From: Candidatus Hydrogenedentota bacterium
GTDB lineage: Bacteria; Hydrogenedentota; Hydrogenedentia; Hydrogenedentales; JAEUWI01
Assembly: GCA_046047315.1 (NCBI GenBank)
Contig: JBJOID010000062.1
Coordinates: 5,896 to 69,895, forward strand
Length of the DNA stretch: 64,000 nucleotides
Direction of reading: 5' to 3'
Part shown: piece after piece, positions 19,843 to 29,894 of the stretch
Position numbering within the stretch: position 1 is the stretch's first letter
Layout: each line of letters opens with the position of its first letter
The notes under the pieces: model-generated
The model's input: the letters and a program-made list of their open reading frames with translations, nothing else
What the model was told of the DNA's origin: nothing
The model's database searches: none
Position numbers and translations under genes: made by a program

Positions 19843-21705
19843 CTAGTTTTCCATCATCATGGCATGCAGGCGTGTCGCGGCGCGGACCACATACTTGCTT
19901 TCCCGATCCTCGCGCGCCTTCGCCAGATCGTCGATCAATCCGGTGGCATGGCGGGGTGCGGCCTCGAGCGCCTGCACCGCCAGCAGACGCAGCCACGGAT
20001 CCTTTCCGCCCAACGCCGCCCTGATGACGGCCAGGGATTCCTCGATGGCCAGGTCGCGTTCCAGACAAAGCGCCGCAGCAGTGAGTGCAACCAGGGGCGA
20101 CGCATCCTTGATGTATCCGGCAAGCGTGTCGCTATCCCGCAAGGCGAGCACGGTCCAATAGCGAACCGAAGGCTCAGGCGACTGCGACAACGCGTCCAGT
20201 TCTCCCGCCTCGGCACTGGCCGGTTCAGCCGCCAGCATGGCCGCCCGCCAGAGGGTCTTCTGAAATCCGGGGCTTCGTTCTTCCAGTGCGCGCATCAGGT
20301 CGGCGCGCGGCGTCATCTCCCGTTGGAGCCGCCATAATTCCGCCTCGGGAATCAGCCCCATGTCGCCCGCATCACGGGACCATTGCGCGAGCGCGTTGCG
20401 CATGGCGGACAAACGTTCCGCGATTTCAGCCTTGGTCGCGAGGTTGTTCAATTCATGGGGGTCTGCCTCCAAGTCGTACAGCTCTTCCACGGGCTTGGAC
20501 GTCGCTGCCACCCAGGCCGTTGCCGGTGTGAGTTCCCCGGCCGCCTTGAGGCGGTGCAGCTCCTGCTTCACCGGACTCTGCTCCTCATATTCCATGTATT
20601 GGTCGTAAGGCTTCCAAGGCATGAAGTGACGCACATAGCGGAATCGGCCATCGCGCACCGACCGGATCAGGTCGTAACGTTCGTCCATGCGGTCGCGGCC
20701 CGAGAAGACAAGCGACGCAGTCGCATCGTCGAGAAAGTCTCTGCCCTGCATGCGCGAACCCGGAGCCAAACCCGCGAACGCCAGCATGGTGGGTGCCAAG
20801 TCGATCGAACTGACCAGGCGATTGTTCACGGTGCCGGGTGTGGCCTGCTCTCCACGGTACTGTTCCGGGATACGGAGAATGAGAGGAATGCGGGTGCCTG
20901 AGTCGTAGGGCCAGCGCTTGCAGCGCGGCAGCCCTGCGCCATGGTCGCTCCAGAAGACGACGATGGTTTCGTCGCCGAGGCCGTCCTCGTTGAGTTCCCG
21001 CAGCAGCGCGTCAGCCCACTGGTCCAGCGCCGCAATGCCGTCGTAATAGTTGGCCCATTGGCGCCGGACCACAGGCGTGTCCGGGTGATAGGGTGGCGGC
21101 GTGATGGCCGCAGGGTCGGCGCGGTCTTCCTCCTTCAGCCCCTCGGTGATGTAAGTGCGGCCCTTGTCATCCGCCCGCACCTGGCCCTCATGTGTGCCCG
21201 TATAGTTGAACACCGCGAAGAAGGGTTGATCAGGTTCAGGGCGGTTGCGCCAGTGTGCCCTGCCGCTCGATTCGTCCCACACCTCCTTGGGCTTCGCGAA
21301 ATTGTAGTCTTCCTTGCTGTTGTTGGTGCAGTAATATCCCGCCGCCCGCAACAACTGCGGCAACAGCTTGACGTCTTCCGGCAGAACCGGAAGCGTCGTT
21401 GGCGAAGCGCCCTCCCCGCCCGTGCGCATGTGGTGCGCGCCAATGGCCCAGGGATACATGCCTGTAATCACCGCCGCGCGATTGGGTGCACAGACCGGCG
21501 CCACTGTGAAGGCATGGGTGTAACGCAGCCCCTCTGCCGCAAGCGCGTCCAGCGTAGGTGTCCGGGCATGTGGGTCGCCATAGCAGCCAAGGTGCGGTCC
21601 CATGTCTTCGGCCGAGAGCCAGAGTATGTTGGGGCGATCAGCGGCGGCGCTTCCCATCCAAGACACCGCCACCAGCAAGGCGAACAACTTCCAGCAGCCA
21701 CGCAT
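19843..21705 (-). CDS. sulfatase (canonical CxPxR) with C-terminal HEAT-like extension
   Basis: Signal peptide MRGCWKLFALLVAVSWMGSAAA, sulfatase N-domain NILWLSAEDMGPHLGCYG, signature VCAPNRAAVITG (C-A-P-N-R). The ATG at 21705 has a GGAGGG SD. Confidence 0.8.
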   Translation of the reverse strand: MRGCWKLFALLVAVSWMGSAAADRPNILWLSAEDMGPHLGCYGDPHARTPTLDALAAEGLRYTHAFTVAPVCAPNRAAVITGMYPWAIGAHHMRTGGEGASPTTLPVLPEDVKLLPQLLRAAGYYCTNNSKEDYNFAKPKEVWDESSGRAHWRNRPEPDQPFFAVFNYTGTHEGQVRADDKGRTYITEGLKEEDRADPAAITPPPYHPDTPVVRRQWANYYDGIAALDQWADALLRELNEDGLGDETIVVFWSDHGAGLPRCKRWPYDSGTRIPLILRIPEQYRGEQATPGTVNNRLVSSIDLAPTMLAFAGLAPGSRMQGRDFLDDATASLVFSGRDRMDERYDLIRSVRDGRFRYVRHFMPWKPYDQYMEYEEQSPVKQELHRLKAAGELTPATAWVAATSKPVEELYDLEADPHELNNLATKAEIAERLSAMRNALAQWSRDAGDMGLIPEAELWRLQREMTPRADLMRALEERSPGFQKTLWRAAMLAAEPASAEAGELDALSQSPEPSVRYWTVLALRDSDTLAGYIKDASPLVALTAAALCLERDLAIEESLAVIRAALGGKDPWLRLLAVQALEAAPRHATGLIDDLAKAREDRESKYVVRAATRLHAMMMEN

Positions 21706-21857
21706 TTCTCGACCCTCCACAAGCTTCGTTACCGCTTTTCACGCGCTTGCGCTAGACTACGCGCGCCCGCCCGGTTTGTCCATGCTGTTGAATACGTCGG
21801 CGTGGCCCATCGTCAATCGACCACAGGTTCTTCAGTTCGAACTGCGGAGATTTCCAC

Positions 21858-23096
21858 ATGCCTCGCGTGACGCTTATTCTCATGTCGATTGTCCTCACGT
21901 TGGCGGGATGCCAGTCGAAACCGGCCCCCGTTCCGCCCCATGTCTACCTCGTGCTTACTGACGACCCCGCGACCAGCATCACCGTGCAGTTCCACACGCA
22001 GGATGCCGTGGCCAGTACGGTCGACTATGCGGCCCTCGGCGCGGACGGTCAGCCTGGCGAGACGCTTCACGCCGCGGGCACCTCACTCCAGGTGCCGGGT
22101 CTTGCCGACGGCCGCCATGTCCACGCGGTGCCGCTGAGCGGGCTGCGCCCCGGCACGCAATATCAATTCACCACCAGCAGCGGAGCGACGGGAAAGTTCA
22201 CCACGCTGGAAGGCGGGGAAGCGCCGCTGCGGGTGCTGTTTGCCGGGGACATGGGCACGGATGAATCTTCCGTGAACTTCATGAAGCGCGCCGCCGCGCT
22301 GGACCCCGATATCGCCATGCTCGGCGGCGACCTCGCCTACGACGACGGCAAGCTCCGCAAGGTGGGCGTGTGGGATGCATGGATGAACCACTGGCGGCAG
22401 CACATGGTGCGCAGCGATGGAAGCATGGTTCCCCTGATCGCCGCGGTGGGCAATCATGAAATTAACGGCGAGGACTCGAGTGATCCGCTCGTGAAGGCGC
22501 CCTTCTACGCGGGCTTTTTCGCGCAGGGCGGCAGTGCGCATTTCGTGCGCGACATCAGCCCTCTCGCCCGGATAGTGGTGTTGGACTCTGACTATTTCAC
22601 ATCGGAGCAAGAGCAGGCGCCGTTCTTGGACAAGGCCCTGGACAACGGGGACCATGCGGAGTATCTCATCGCGAACTACCACGTGGCCCTTTTTCCCACG
22701 CACAACGACTTTGACCAGGATCATCCCACGGCGGGCCGCAATCATTGGCTGCCGCTCTTTGATCGCCACGACGTGACCGTCGCCTTCGAGCACCATGATC
22801 ACGCCTTCAAGCGGACCCACCCCATCACGGGTGGTGCTGTCGATCCGGAAGGCGTCGTCTACCTGGGCGATGGCTGCATGGGCCAGGAGGCGCGCTCGGT
22901 CAAGGAGCCCGACGCCTGGTACTTTGCCAAGGCGGAACCCCGCGCCCACTTCTGGATCGCGGACATCACCGACGACGCGATGATCTGCAAGGCCGTGGAC
23001 GAGCAGGGGGTCGTCTTTGACACCGTCGAATTTGAACCGAGAGAATCCGCCGATGAGGCCCCAGTCCTCCCGGGCACCCCGGCGTCCGCATCGTGA
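21858..23096 (+). CDS. purple-acid-phosphatase-like metallophosphoesterase lipoprotein
   Basis: Lipobox LTLAGC; PAP N-terminal domain; metallophosphatase motifs GDMG, GDLAYD, GNHE, HHDH (FEHHDHAF). Confidence 0.7.
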   Translation: MPRVTLILMSIVLTLAGCQSKPAPVPPHVYLVLTDDPATSITVQFHTQDAVASTVDYAALGADGQPGETLHAAGTSLQVPGLADGRHVHAVPLSGLRPGTQYQFTTSSGATGKFTTLEGGEAPLRVLFAGDMGTDESSVNFMKRAAALDPDIAMLGGDLAYDDGKLRKVGVWDAWMNHWRQHMVRSDGSMVPLIAAVGNHEINGEDSSDPLVKAPFYAGFFAQGGSAHFVRDISPLARIVVLDSDYFTSEQEQAPFLDKALDNGDHAEYLIANYHVALFPTHNDFDQDHPTAGRNHWLPLFDRHDVTVAFEHHDHAFKRTHPITGGAVDPEGVVYLGDGCMGQEARSVKEPDAWYFAKAEPRAHFWIADITDDAMICKAVDEQGVVFDTVEFEPRESADEAPVLPGTPASAS

Positions 23097-23108
23097 TACA
23101 CTCGCCGG

Positions 23109-23531
23109 ATGAATCCCCCATTTGAACTGACATCCGAGGCTATCGATCCTGTGGCCTGTGCGGAAAGCCTGCGGGCATCCAGCTGCGGCGCCTGCGTCAC
23201 CTTTGAGGGCTGGGTGCGCGACCACAACGAGGGACGCGGCGTAACCCGCCTTGAGTACGAAGCCTACCCGGCGGTGGCCCTGAGCGAAGGGAAGCGCATC
23301 CTCGACGAAGTGATGGCGCGGCACGGCGTGATGCACGCCTATTGCGTTCACCGCGTGGGCGATCTGGCCATCGGCGACATGGCGGTCTGGGTGGGCGTGA
23401 GCGCCGGCCATCGCGGCGAGGCCTTTGCCGCCTGCCGCGAAATCATCGACGAGATCAAGAAGCGCGTGCCCATCTGGAAGCGCGAGCACTACGTCGAAGG
23501 CGACAGCGGCTGGTTGAACGCGGGCGCTTAA
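23109..23531 (+). CDS. moaE: molybdopterin synthase catalytic subunit
   Basis: GACVTFEGWVRDHNEGRGVTRLEYEAY...VGVSAGHRGEAFAACREIIDEIKKRVPIWKREHY. Confidence 0.85.
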   Translation: MNPPFELTSEAIDPVACAESLRASSCGACVTFEGWVRDHNEGRGVTRLEYEAYPAVALSEGKRILDEVMARHGVMHAYCVHRVGDLAIGDMAVWVGVSAGHRGEAFAACREIIDEIKKRVPIWKREHYVEGDSGWLNAGA

Positions 23532-25429
23532 GGCTCCGCCCGCAGGGCCGCGTGAATCTCTGCGGCGAGTTTATCGCCCAGGCCCGGCACGGCGGCGAGT
23601 TCTCCGAGCGAGGCCTCGCGAAGCTTCTTCACCGAGCCGAAGCGCTTGAGCAGGGATTTCGCGCGGGCGGGCCCGACGCCCGGCAGGTTCACCAGCGCGG
23701 TCTCGCGCATCGTCTTGCCACGCTTCTTGCGATGATACGTGATGGCAAAGCGATGCGCTTCGTCGCGCACCTGGGCCGCCAGCCAGACCACCGGACCCTT
23801 CTGGTCGAGAATGACGGGATTGCTGCGCCCGGGCAGGAAGAAGCGCTCGGGGCTGCGCCCCCCGGAATCTTGATCGCGCGACTTGGCGATGCTGACTACC
23901 GGCACGTCGTCGAGGCCGAGATCCTTCAGGGCGGTCACGGCCACGTTGAGCTGGCCCTTGCCGCCGTCGATGAGCACCAGCGACGGAAGATCATTCTCCT
24001 CGATGGCGCGCCGGTAGCGGCGCAGCAAGACCTCGCGCATGCTGGCGAAATCGTCCTGACCATCCACCGTCTTCATGCTGAAGCGCCGGTAGCGGGCCTT
24101 GTCGGGCTGGCCATTCGTGAACACCACCATCGACGCGACAGTCTGGCTGCCCTGAATGGTGGAGATGTCGAAACACTCGATCCGCTCCGGCAGCGTGGGC
24201 AGGTGCAGCGCCTTCTGCATTTCCTGCACGGCGTCGCCGCGCGCCTTCTCCTTCATGCGCTTCTCGGCGAACTGCTGGCGGGCGTTTCGCATGGCCATGT
24301 CCACCATCGCGCGCTTGTCGCCGCGCTGTGGACAATGCACCACGACGCCCTTGCCGCGCTGTTCCGAGAGCACCTCAGCCAGGGTATCGGCCTCCTCCAG
24401 GGGAAATGGCAACAAGATCTCGGCGGGAATCTGCGGCGCGTCGGCGTAGTATTGCAGGATGAGCGTCCCCAGCAGTTCTTCGACAGGCATCTCCTGCCGC
24501 TCGAACGAAAAGGCGCGGCCGCCGAGCATCCGCCCCCGGCGGTAAAACAGCGCCTGCACCTCGGTATAGCGGCCGTCGTTGTAGTACCCAAAGACGTCGC
24601 GCTCTTCCTCCCCGCGCAGGGTAACCGCGCGCTGCTTCTCCATGGTGCTGCGCAAATCATAGAGCCGGTCGCGCAGGATGGCGGCCGCCTCGAACTCAAG
24701 GTTGGCGGCAAGCTGCTGTATCTGTGACAGCAGCTTGGCTTCGAGCTCGGCGGTGCGGCCTTCAAGGATGTACAAAACCTGCTCGACGATCTCGTGGTAT
24801 TGCTCGCGCGTCACATACTTCACGCAGGGCGCCACGCACTGTTTCATCTGGTAATACAGGCAGGGGCGCACGCGGTTTTGCAGCACATGGTCGGAGCAGG
24901 TGCGCAAGGGAAACATGCGCTGAATCTGGCGCAGGGTGCGCCGCGCCGCGCCGGTGTCGTGGTACGGCCCGAAATAGCGGGCGCCGTCGCGCTTGAAGCG
25001 GCGCACCACCGTGATGCGGGGGAACTCCTCGCGCGGATCGAAGCGCAGGCTGATGTAGGTCTTGTCGTCGCGCAGGTGCACGTTGTAGCGGGGGCGGTGC
25101 TGCTTGATAAGGCTGTTTTCCAGCAGCAGCGCCTCCTTCTCGTTGGCCGTCACGAGAAAGGTGATGCGCGCCACCCGCCGCATGAGGAACTTGACGCTGT
25201 AGCGCGAGTCCGTCTCGCTGATGTACTGCCGCACCCGCGCGCGAAGGTTCTTCGCCTTGCCCACATACAGCGGGCGCTCCTTCTCGTCGAGCATCATGTA
25301 GCAGCCGGGGTCCTGCGGCACGGTCGCGATATCGAAACTTTCGCGAAAAGCCTCGACCGTGGCCCGCTGCTCCAGGCCGAAATTGAGGCTCAGTCCCGCA
25401 ACGGCGGGCGTGGGGCATTCGTCTTCCAT
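23528..25429 (-). CDS. uvrC: excinuclease ABC subunit C
   Basis: GIY-YIG (PGCYMMLDEKERPLYVGKAKNLRARV), UvrBC domain, C-terminal HhH; 633 aa. Confidence 0.9.
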   Translation of the reverse strand: MEDECPTPAVAGLSLNFGLEQRATVEAFRESFDIATVPQDPGCYMMLDEKERPLYVGKAKNLRARVRQYISETDSRYSVKFLMRRVARITFLVTANEKEALLLENSLIKQHRPRYNVHLRDDKTYISLRFDPREEFPRITVVRRFKRDGARYFGPYHDTGAARRTLRQIQRMFPLRTCSDHVLQNRVRPCLYYQMKQCVAPCVKYVTREQYHEIVEQVLYILEGRTAELEAKLLSQIQQLAANLEFEAAAILRDRLYDLRSTMEKQRAVTLRGEEERDVFGYYNDGRYTEVQALFYRRGRMLGGRAFSFERQEMPVEELLGTLILQYYADAPQIPAEILLPFPLEEADTLAEVLSEQRGKGVVVHCPQRGDKRAMVDMAMRNARQQFAEKRMKEKARGDAVQEMQKALHLPTLPERIECFDISTIQGSQTVASMVVFTNGQPDKARYRRFSMKTVDGQDDFASMREVLLRRYRRAIEENDLPSLVLIDGGKGQLNVAVTALKDLGLDDVPVVSIAKSRDQDSGGRSPERFFLPGRSNPVILDQKGPVVWLAAQVRDEAHRFAITYHRKKRGKTMRETALVNLPGVGPARAKSLLKRFGSVKKLREASLGELAAVPGLGDKLAAEIHAALRAEP

Positions 25430-25577
25430 GGTTCCTCGCGTGGAATGTATCGGCAGGCTCCGAAAGTTTAACGGAATGACGGCGTGCGTTGCCCGGCGGC
25501 GTGGTGTTGGCTATGCCACTCCGTGCGAGAAATCGTGGTACCCTTGGGGTGACGCTTGAAGCGGTCGAGGAGTCAGG

Positions 25578-26276
25578 ATGCTGCATCGCGGTTTCCGGAT
25601 AGGCGAACATTTTTCCACTGCCCTGCTCCTGCAACTTCTGTTTGGCCCCGGCCACCCCCCGGAAAAACGCTGGGCGGCGCTGCTGGCGCTTGGGGTAAAA
25701 CCCGAACCGGAAGCCTTTGATGCACTTCGACAGGCACTCCACCACCCGGACTGGGAGATGCGCCGCTTTGCGCTCGAGGCCGTGCGGCGGCACCCCAGGG
25801 TGGTGGATGCCCGCGCGCAGGTGATTGCGCTCCTTTTCGACGTGGATGACGAGGTGCGCCAGAAGGCATGCCGGGTGTGCGCGGAACTGGGATGGAGCGA
25901 CGCCCGCGCCGGCATCGTCACCTTGCTCCGCGCCGTGAACCCCGACGTGCGCGACACGGCCGCCAACGCCCTGGGTCTGCTCTGGCATGAGGACTATTTC
26001 GACGCGCTGCTCGAGCGCTACCGTGAGGACGAGCGCCGGGCCGTGCGCATCGCCGCGGCCAAGACCCTTCGGGCGCGCGTAAGCCAGCGGCACTGGCGTC
26101 GCCTCTTCACCCTATGGGCGCACGATCGCGAAGCGCGCCACCGGCTCTGGGCCTGTGAACTCCTCGAGCGTTTCGGAGGGCGGGCCTACCTGCCCCGGTT
26201 GGCTCCGCTCCTCGTCGACCGCAACCAGAACGTGCGCAAGGCGGCCAGCGAGATTGCCGGTCGCCTGGCGGCCTGA
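25578..26276 (+). CDS. HEAT-repeat protein
   Basis: Repeated HPDWEMRRFALEAV / DDEVRQKACRVCAEL / NPDVRDTAANALG / RNQNVRKAASEIAG units. Confidence 0.5.
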   Translation: MLHRGFRIGEHFSTALLLQLLFGPGHPPEKRWAALLALGVKPEPEAFDALRQALHHPDWEMRRFALEAVRRHPRVVDARAQVIALLFDVDDEVRQKACRVCAELGWSDARAGIVTLLRAVNPDVRDTAANALGLLWHEDYFDALLERYREDERRAVRIAAAKTLRARVSQRHWRRLFTLWAHDREARHRLWACELLERFGGRAYLPRLAPLLVDRNQNVRKAASEIAGRLAA

Positions 26277-26287
26277 GTCCCAACGGC

Positions 26288-27013
26288 TCAGGGCAGTTGC
26301 CGGATCCGCAGGTTGCGAAACTCGATGGGCGACCCTTCCGACTCGAGGGCGAGATAGCCCGTGGCTGGCGTGCATTCGGTGCCGCCCGACACCTCTTCCC
26401 CGTTCACCCACAAGCGTACCTCGCCGTTGATGGCGCGGATGTAGTAGACATTCCATTCCCCAACGCCCTTGCTCAGGTTCTTGCTGGGAAAGCTGCGCTT
26501 GCCATCCGGCGCAACCGGGGGAAAGGGCTTCATGTCGGAGACGCCCACCGGGAACACGTCGCCATGGCTGGTGAACCAATCCGCCTTCTTGCCGCCCTTC
26601 TCGTATTCCTCCGTGTAGCCATGGTCGAGAATCTGCACCTCAATGCCATGCGGCAGTTTGTTGCGACCAAGGTCGGTGACGGATTCCTCCGTCACCCAAA
26701 GGAAGACCCCCGAGTTTCCGGCGGACTTCATGTGCCGCCACTCCACCACCAGCTCGAAGTTGGTCACCTTGTAGGGCGTGCGAATCACCCCCACCGGACT
26801 GCCGGTGCAATAAATCATGTTGTCCTCGAAGCGCCACGTATCTTCGTCGCAGTTCACGTTGACGAAGTCCTCCTGCGTGAGCGGCCGCCAGCCGGGGCCG
26901 CTGTTGGCCTGCACCGAAACCATCGGCTCCACTCCCGCCTGCGGGGTGGCCTCAGCATGGGCCAGGGAGATGGAACACAGGATCAACACAACGGACAAAG
27001 TGAAACGCATCAT
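26288..27013 (-). CDS. DUF1080 (3-keto-disaccharide hydrolase / LamG-like) secreted protein
   Basis: Signal peptide MMRFTLSVVLILCSISLAHA and the C-terminal GYLALESEGSPIEFRNLRIRQL family signature. Confidence 0.7.
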   Translation of the reverse strand: MMRFTLSVVLILCSISLAHAEATPQAGVEPMVSVQANSGPGWRPLTQEDFVNVNCDEDTWRFEDNMIYCTGSPVGVIRTPYKVTNFELVVEWRHMKSAGNSGVFLWVTEESVTDLGRNKLPHGIEVQILDHGYTEEYEKGGKKADWFTSHGDVFPVGVSDMKPFPPVAPDGKRSFPSKNLSKGVGEWNVYYIRAINGEVRLWVNGEEVSGGTECTPATGYLALESEGSPIEFRNLRIRQLP

Positions 27014-27079
27014 GGTGGAGTCCTTCCATTTACGGCAGCTTGGGCCGAAGTCGTATCGTAGAGGGCCGGGGCCGCGCCT

Positions 27080-28387
27080 TCAAGGCGCAGCGAAAGGCAC
27101 GGAGAACAGTTGCCAAAAGGGCTTGTTGGCGTAATTCCGCCACGCGGGATCATTGTCGCCACGGGGATCGGGCCCGCAGAAGAAGAGCGTCCTTCCATCC
27201 GGAGTAACGGCCAGCTTGGCGTAGGCGCCCCCATCGGTCAGGAAGCGCAGCTTGCCAAAGTCCTGTTCGCGCACGCTCACGCTAAACATGTCGCCACCGG
27301 AAAGCGCCACCAGCGCTTCGCCGGAGGGGTGCCAACGCAGGCCTCCGTCGATGCCCACCACTTCGCCGGGCAGGCTGGTCACCTGGCGCGGCTCGCCGCC
27401 GTCCGCGTCTATCACAAAGAGCTGCTGCCGCCCCTCGGCGTCCTTGCCGTAGTAGGCGATGCGGCGGCCATCGAGCGAAGCCCGCACCACGCCCTCGGCC
27501 CAGCCGTGGGTCAGGCGGCGAATGGTCACCCCCTGGGGCGGCGAGGGAAAGCGGTCCGGCCCCCCGGCGTCCGCCGTCGTTATGTCCAGATCAGCGGGAA
27601 GCTCCGCCACGAAAAGCGATTGCTGATAGCTGCCATCGGCTTCGCGCACTTGACCAATGAAGGCGCGGCGCGTCCCGGCGGCGTCCACCCAGCTGTCGCC
27701 CCACGCGCGCTCCAGCTCACCGGGCTGCGACTTGCCCTTGGGCGCCACCGGCACCAGGATGGCAAACCAGTGCGACACGCCTTCCGGTGCATTCGGGTGC
27801 GGTTCCATATAGCCCACGGTGCGGTCGTAGTGGGGCATCAGGAAGTCGTCGTAGGTGAAGCCAATTCTTCGTCCGTCGCGGGCGTATTCGTGGCGGTGGG
27901 TGCCGCCCCGGTGTGCGCCGGGCACGGTGTCCCTGCCGGTGGCCACGTCGCGCCTATCCAGCCAGTGCGCCTCGCCCGGGCGGTCCCGAAAAACCAGCGC
28001 ACCGGTGCGGTTGGGCTTGGCATAGGGACCGCGCTCGGCGGTCTCGTGCAGGTGGGGTCCGTGAATGAAAATGATATTGCCGCCGTCGGGCGAGAACGAC
28101 GCCGCGCCAACCCCCGGCGCGGCCTCCGCCCCCACGCGGAACACGTTCAGCTCATAGAGCGGCAGCTCCTCCCGGGTGGCCGTGTCGAGCATGCCGATGA
28201 AGCTGCAATGCTCAATGCCGGGGCCGATGGTCTCGCGCGCGTCGAAGAGCACATAACGCCCATCGGGCGTGAAGTTGTCATTGTTGTCCAGATCGTGCCC
28301 GCGCGGACTAAAGGTCCATTGCGTCACCGGGGCGAAGGCCGCGCCCATGGCTATCGCCACCGCCGCGCTAAGCATTGCACCGGGCAT
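27080..28387 (-). CDS. secreted beta-propeller (PD40/TolB-like, DUF3748-like) protein
   Basis: Signal peptide; repeated blades with FSPDG / TPDGR / DGRRIAY motifs. Confidence 0.45.
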   Translation of the reverse strand: MPGAMLSAAVAIAMGAAFAPVTQWTFSPRGHDLDNNDNFTPDGRYVLFDARETIGPGIEHCSFIGMLDTATREELPLYELNVFRVGAEAAPGVGAASFSPDGGNIIFIHGPHLHETAERGPYAKPNRTGALVFRDRPGEAHWLDRRDVATGRDTVPGAHRGGTHRHEYARDGRRIGFTYDDFLMPHYDRTVGYMEPHPNAPEGVSHWFAILVPVAPKGKSQPGELERAWGDSWVDAAGTRRAFIGQVREADGSYQQSLFVAELPADLDITTADAGGPDRFPSPPQGVTIRRLTHGWAEGVVRASLDGRRIAYYGKDAEGRQQLFVIDADGGEPRQVTSLPGEVVGIDGGLRWHPSGEALVALSGGDMFSVSVREQDFGKLRFLTDGGAYAKLAVTPDGRTLFFCGPDPRGDNDPAWRNYANKPFWQLFSVPFAAP

Positions 28388-28394
28388 GGCATCC

Positions 28395-28694
28395 TCATTT
28401 CGGCAGGTTGATCTTCCGCTTCGTGTCGTCGGCCTGCCACTTGTAGAGCGTGGCTACATGCCCCACCAGGCCAACCACCTCGGCCCCGGTGCGCAGCGCG
28501 ATCTCGTCGAGCAAGGTGCGCTTCTCGTCCTTGTGCTCGTTGAACTTCAGCTTCACGAGCTCGTGCGCATCCAGAGCGTCGGCCGCCGACCGCACCAGCG
28601 CGTCCGAGACGCCCTGCTTGCCCACCAGCACGATGGGTTCCAAGTGATGCGCAAGCGTCCGAAGTTGCTTGCGCTGCGCGCTGGTGAGGGCCAT
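28395..28694 (-). CDS. yhbY: ribosome assembly RNA-binding protein YhbY (CRS1/YhbY domain)
   Basis: MALTSAQRKQLRTLAHHLEPIVLVGKQGVSDALV...ATLYKWQ, 99 aa. Confidence 0.8.
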   Translation of the reverse strand: MALTSAQRKQLRTLAHHLEPIVLVGKQGVSDALVRSAADALDAHELVKLKFNEHKDEKRTLLDEIALRTGAEVVGLVGHVATLYKWQADDTKRKINLPK

Positions 28695-28699
28695 GGCCG

Positions 28700-29767
28700 T
28701 TACTCCTGAGTGAGCTTGAAGGGATCGAACAGCGCGGCCGTCTGGCCTTCCTGCATCTTCTTCAAGTCTTCCTCGGGGTCGTTGTAGACCATTTCCTCAA
28801 GCGGCTTCTGCTCGGTGCCCATGTTCACGGCCAGCAGGGGATTTGCCGCCGTGAGCGCGTTGGCGCCGTCGAGGGTCATGCCGCTCTGCCAGGCATAGAG
28901 ACGCCGCAGCTTGGGCAACGCCTTCAGCGTTTCCACGCTGGCATCGGTCACCTGCGTGCCAAAGAAGTTCAGGTATTCCAGGTTCGACAGACCCGCCAGC
29001 TGCGCCACCCCCGCGTCGGTGATGCCCGTGCGCTCGAGGTGAATGCTCGTCAGGCGCGGCATGCCCGCCAGCGCGGCGAGCCCGGCGTCCGTCACCTTAG
29101 AACCGGCCAGGTTCAGCCAGGTGATGTTCTGCGCCACCGGGGCCAGCGCGGCCAGGTGCGCATCGGTCGCGCCTTCCGGCACAAACTTCAGGTCGGCCTG
29201 AAGCAGGGGAGAAGTCTGGTCGAGCGGCGCAAGGCGCACGCCCGACTGTGTGGCGGCGGCAATGGCCTCCGGCGCGGCGGGGGCCAGGCCCTCCGCCAGC
29301 TTCTTCAGCGCGTCCTCCGCGTAGAGCGGCGCGGCCGCCTTGCCGACACTGAGCGACGCGAACATGATCTGCGGCTCTTTGTACTCTTCCGCCCAGCCTT
29401 CAAAGGATGCGCCCTCGGCAATCCATTGCGTGATCGCTTCGATATCCTTCTTCGGCAGCGGGCCGCCCTTGGGGGGCATCAAGTCCTCGTCCCCGTCGGG
29501 CAGGGAGATACGCTGCACAATCAGGCTTTCCTCCGGCTTCGCCGCCACCAGCGCGGGACCGCTCGAACCGCCCGCGCCAATGTGCTCCGGGGCGTCCAGC
29601 CGCAAGCCGGCCTTGGGATTCTCCGCCCCGTGGCATCCCACGCACTTCGCTTCCAGAATTGTGCGAATGCGGGACGGCTTCACCGGTTCCGCCTGCGCAG
29701 CCATGCTGCCCGCCAACACGCATCCCACCATGGCCGCCTGCCATGCCGCGTTCCATTGCACCCTCAT
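28700..29767 (-). CDS. planctomycete cytochrome C (PSCyt1) domain + leucine-rich-repeat protein
   Basis: Signal peptide; CVGCHGAENPKAGLRLD haem-binding-like CxxCH; C-terminal LRRs (WLNLAGSKVTDAGLAALAGMPRLTSIHLERTGITDAGV...). Confidence 0.7.
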   Translation of the reverse strand: MRVQWNAAWQAAMVGCVLAGSMAAQAEPVKPSRIRTILEAKCVGCHGAENPKAGLRLDAPEHIGAGGSSGPALVAAKPEESLIVQRISLPDGDEDLMPPKGGPLPKKDIEAITQWIAEGASFEGWAEEYKEPQIMFASLSVGKAAAPLYAEDALKKLAEGLAPAAPEAIAAATQSGVRLAPLDQTSPLLQADLKFVPEGATDAHLAALAPVAQNITWLNLAGSKVTDAGLAALAGMPRLTSIHLERTGITDAGVAQLAGLSNLEYLNFFGTQVTDASVETLKALPKLRRLYAWQSGMTLDGANALTAANPLLAVNMGTEQKPLEEMVYNDPEEDLKKMQEGQTAALFDPFKLTQE

Positions 29768-29894
29768 TGCGCCTCTCCCTTGCTCGGTTCAAACGCCACG
29801 CCCGCGAGCATAACAAATGCCGAGGCAACGCGCCACCAGTGCTTGGACCGCCCGCGCGTGGAAGCGGTTGACAGCTATCGCTTAGAATGAAAAC

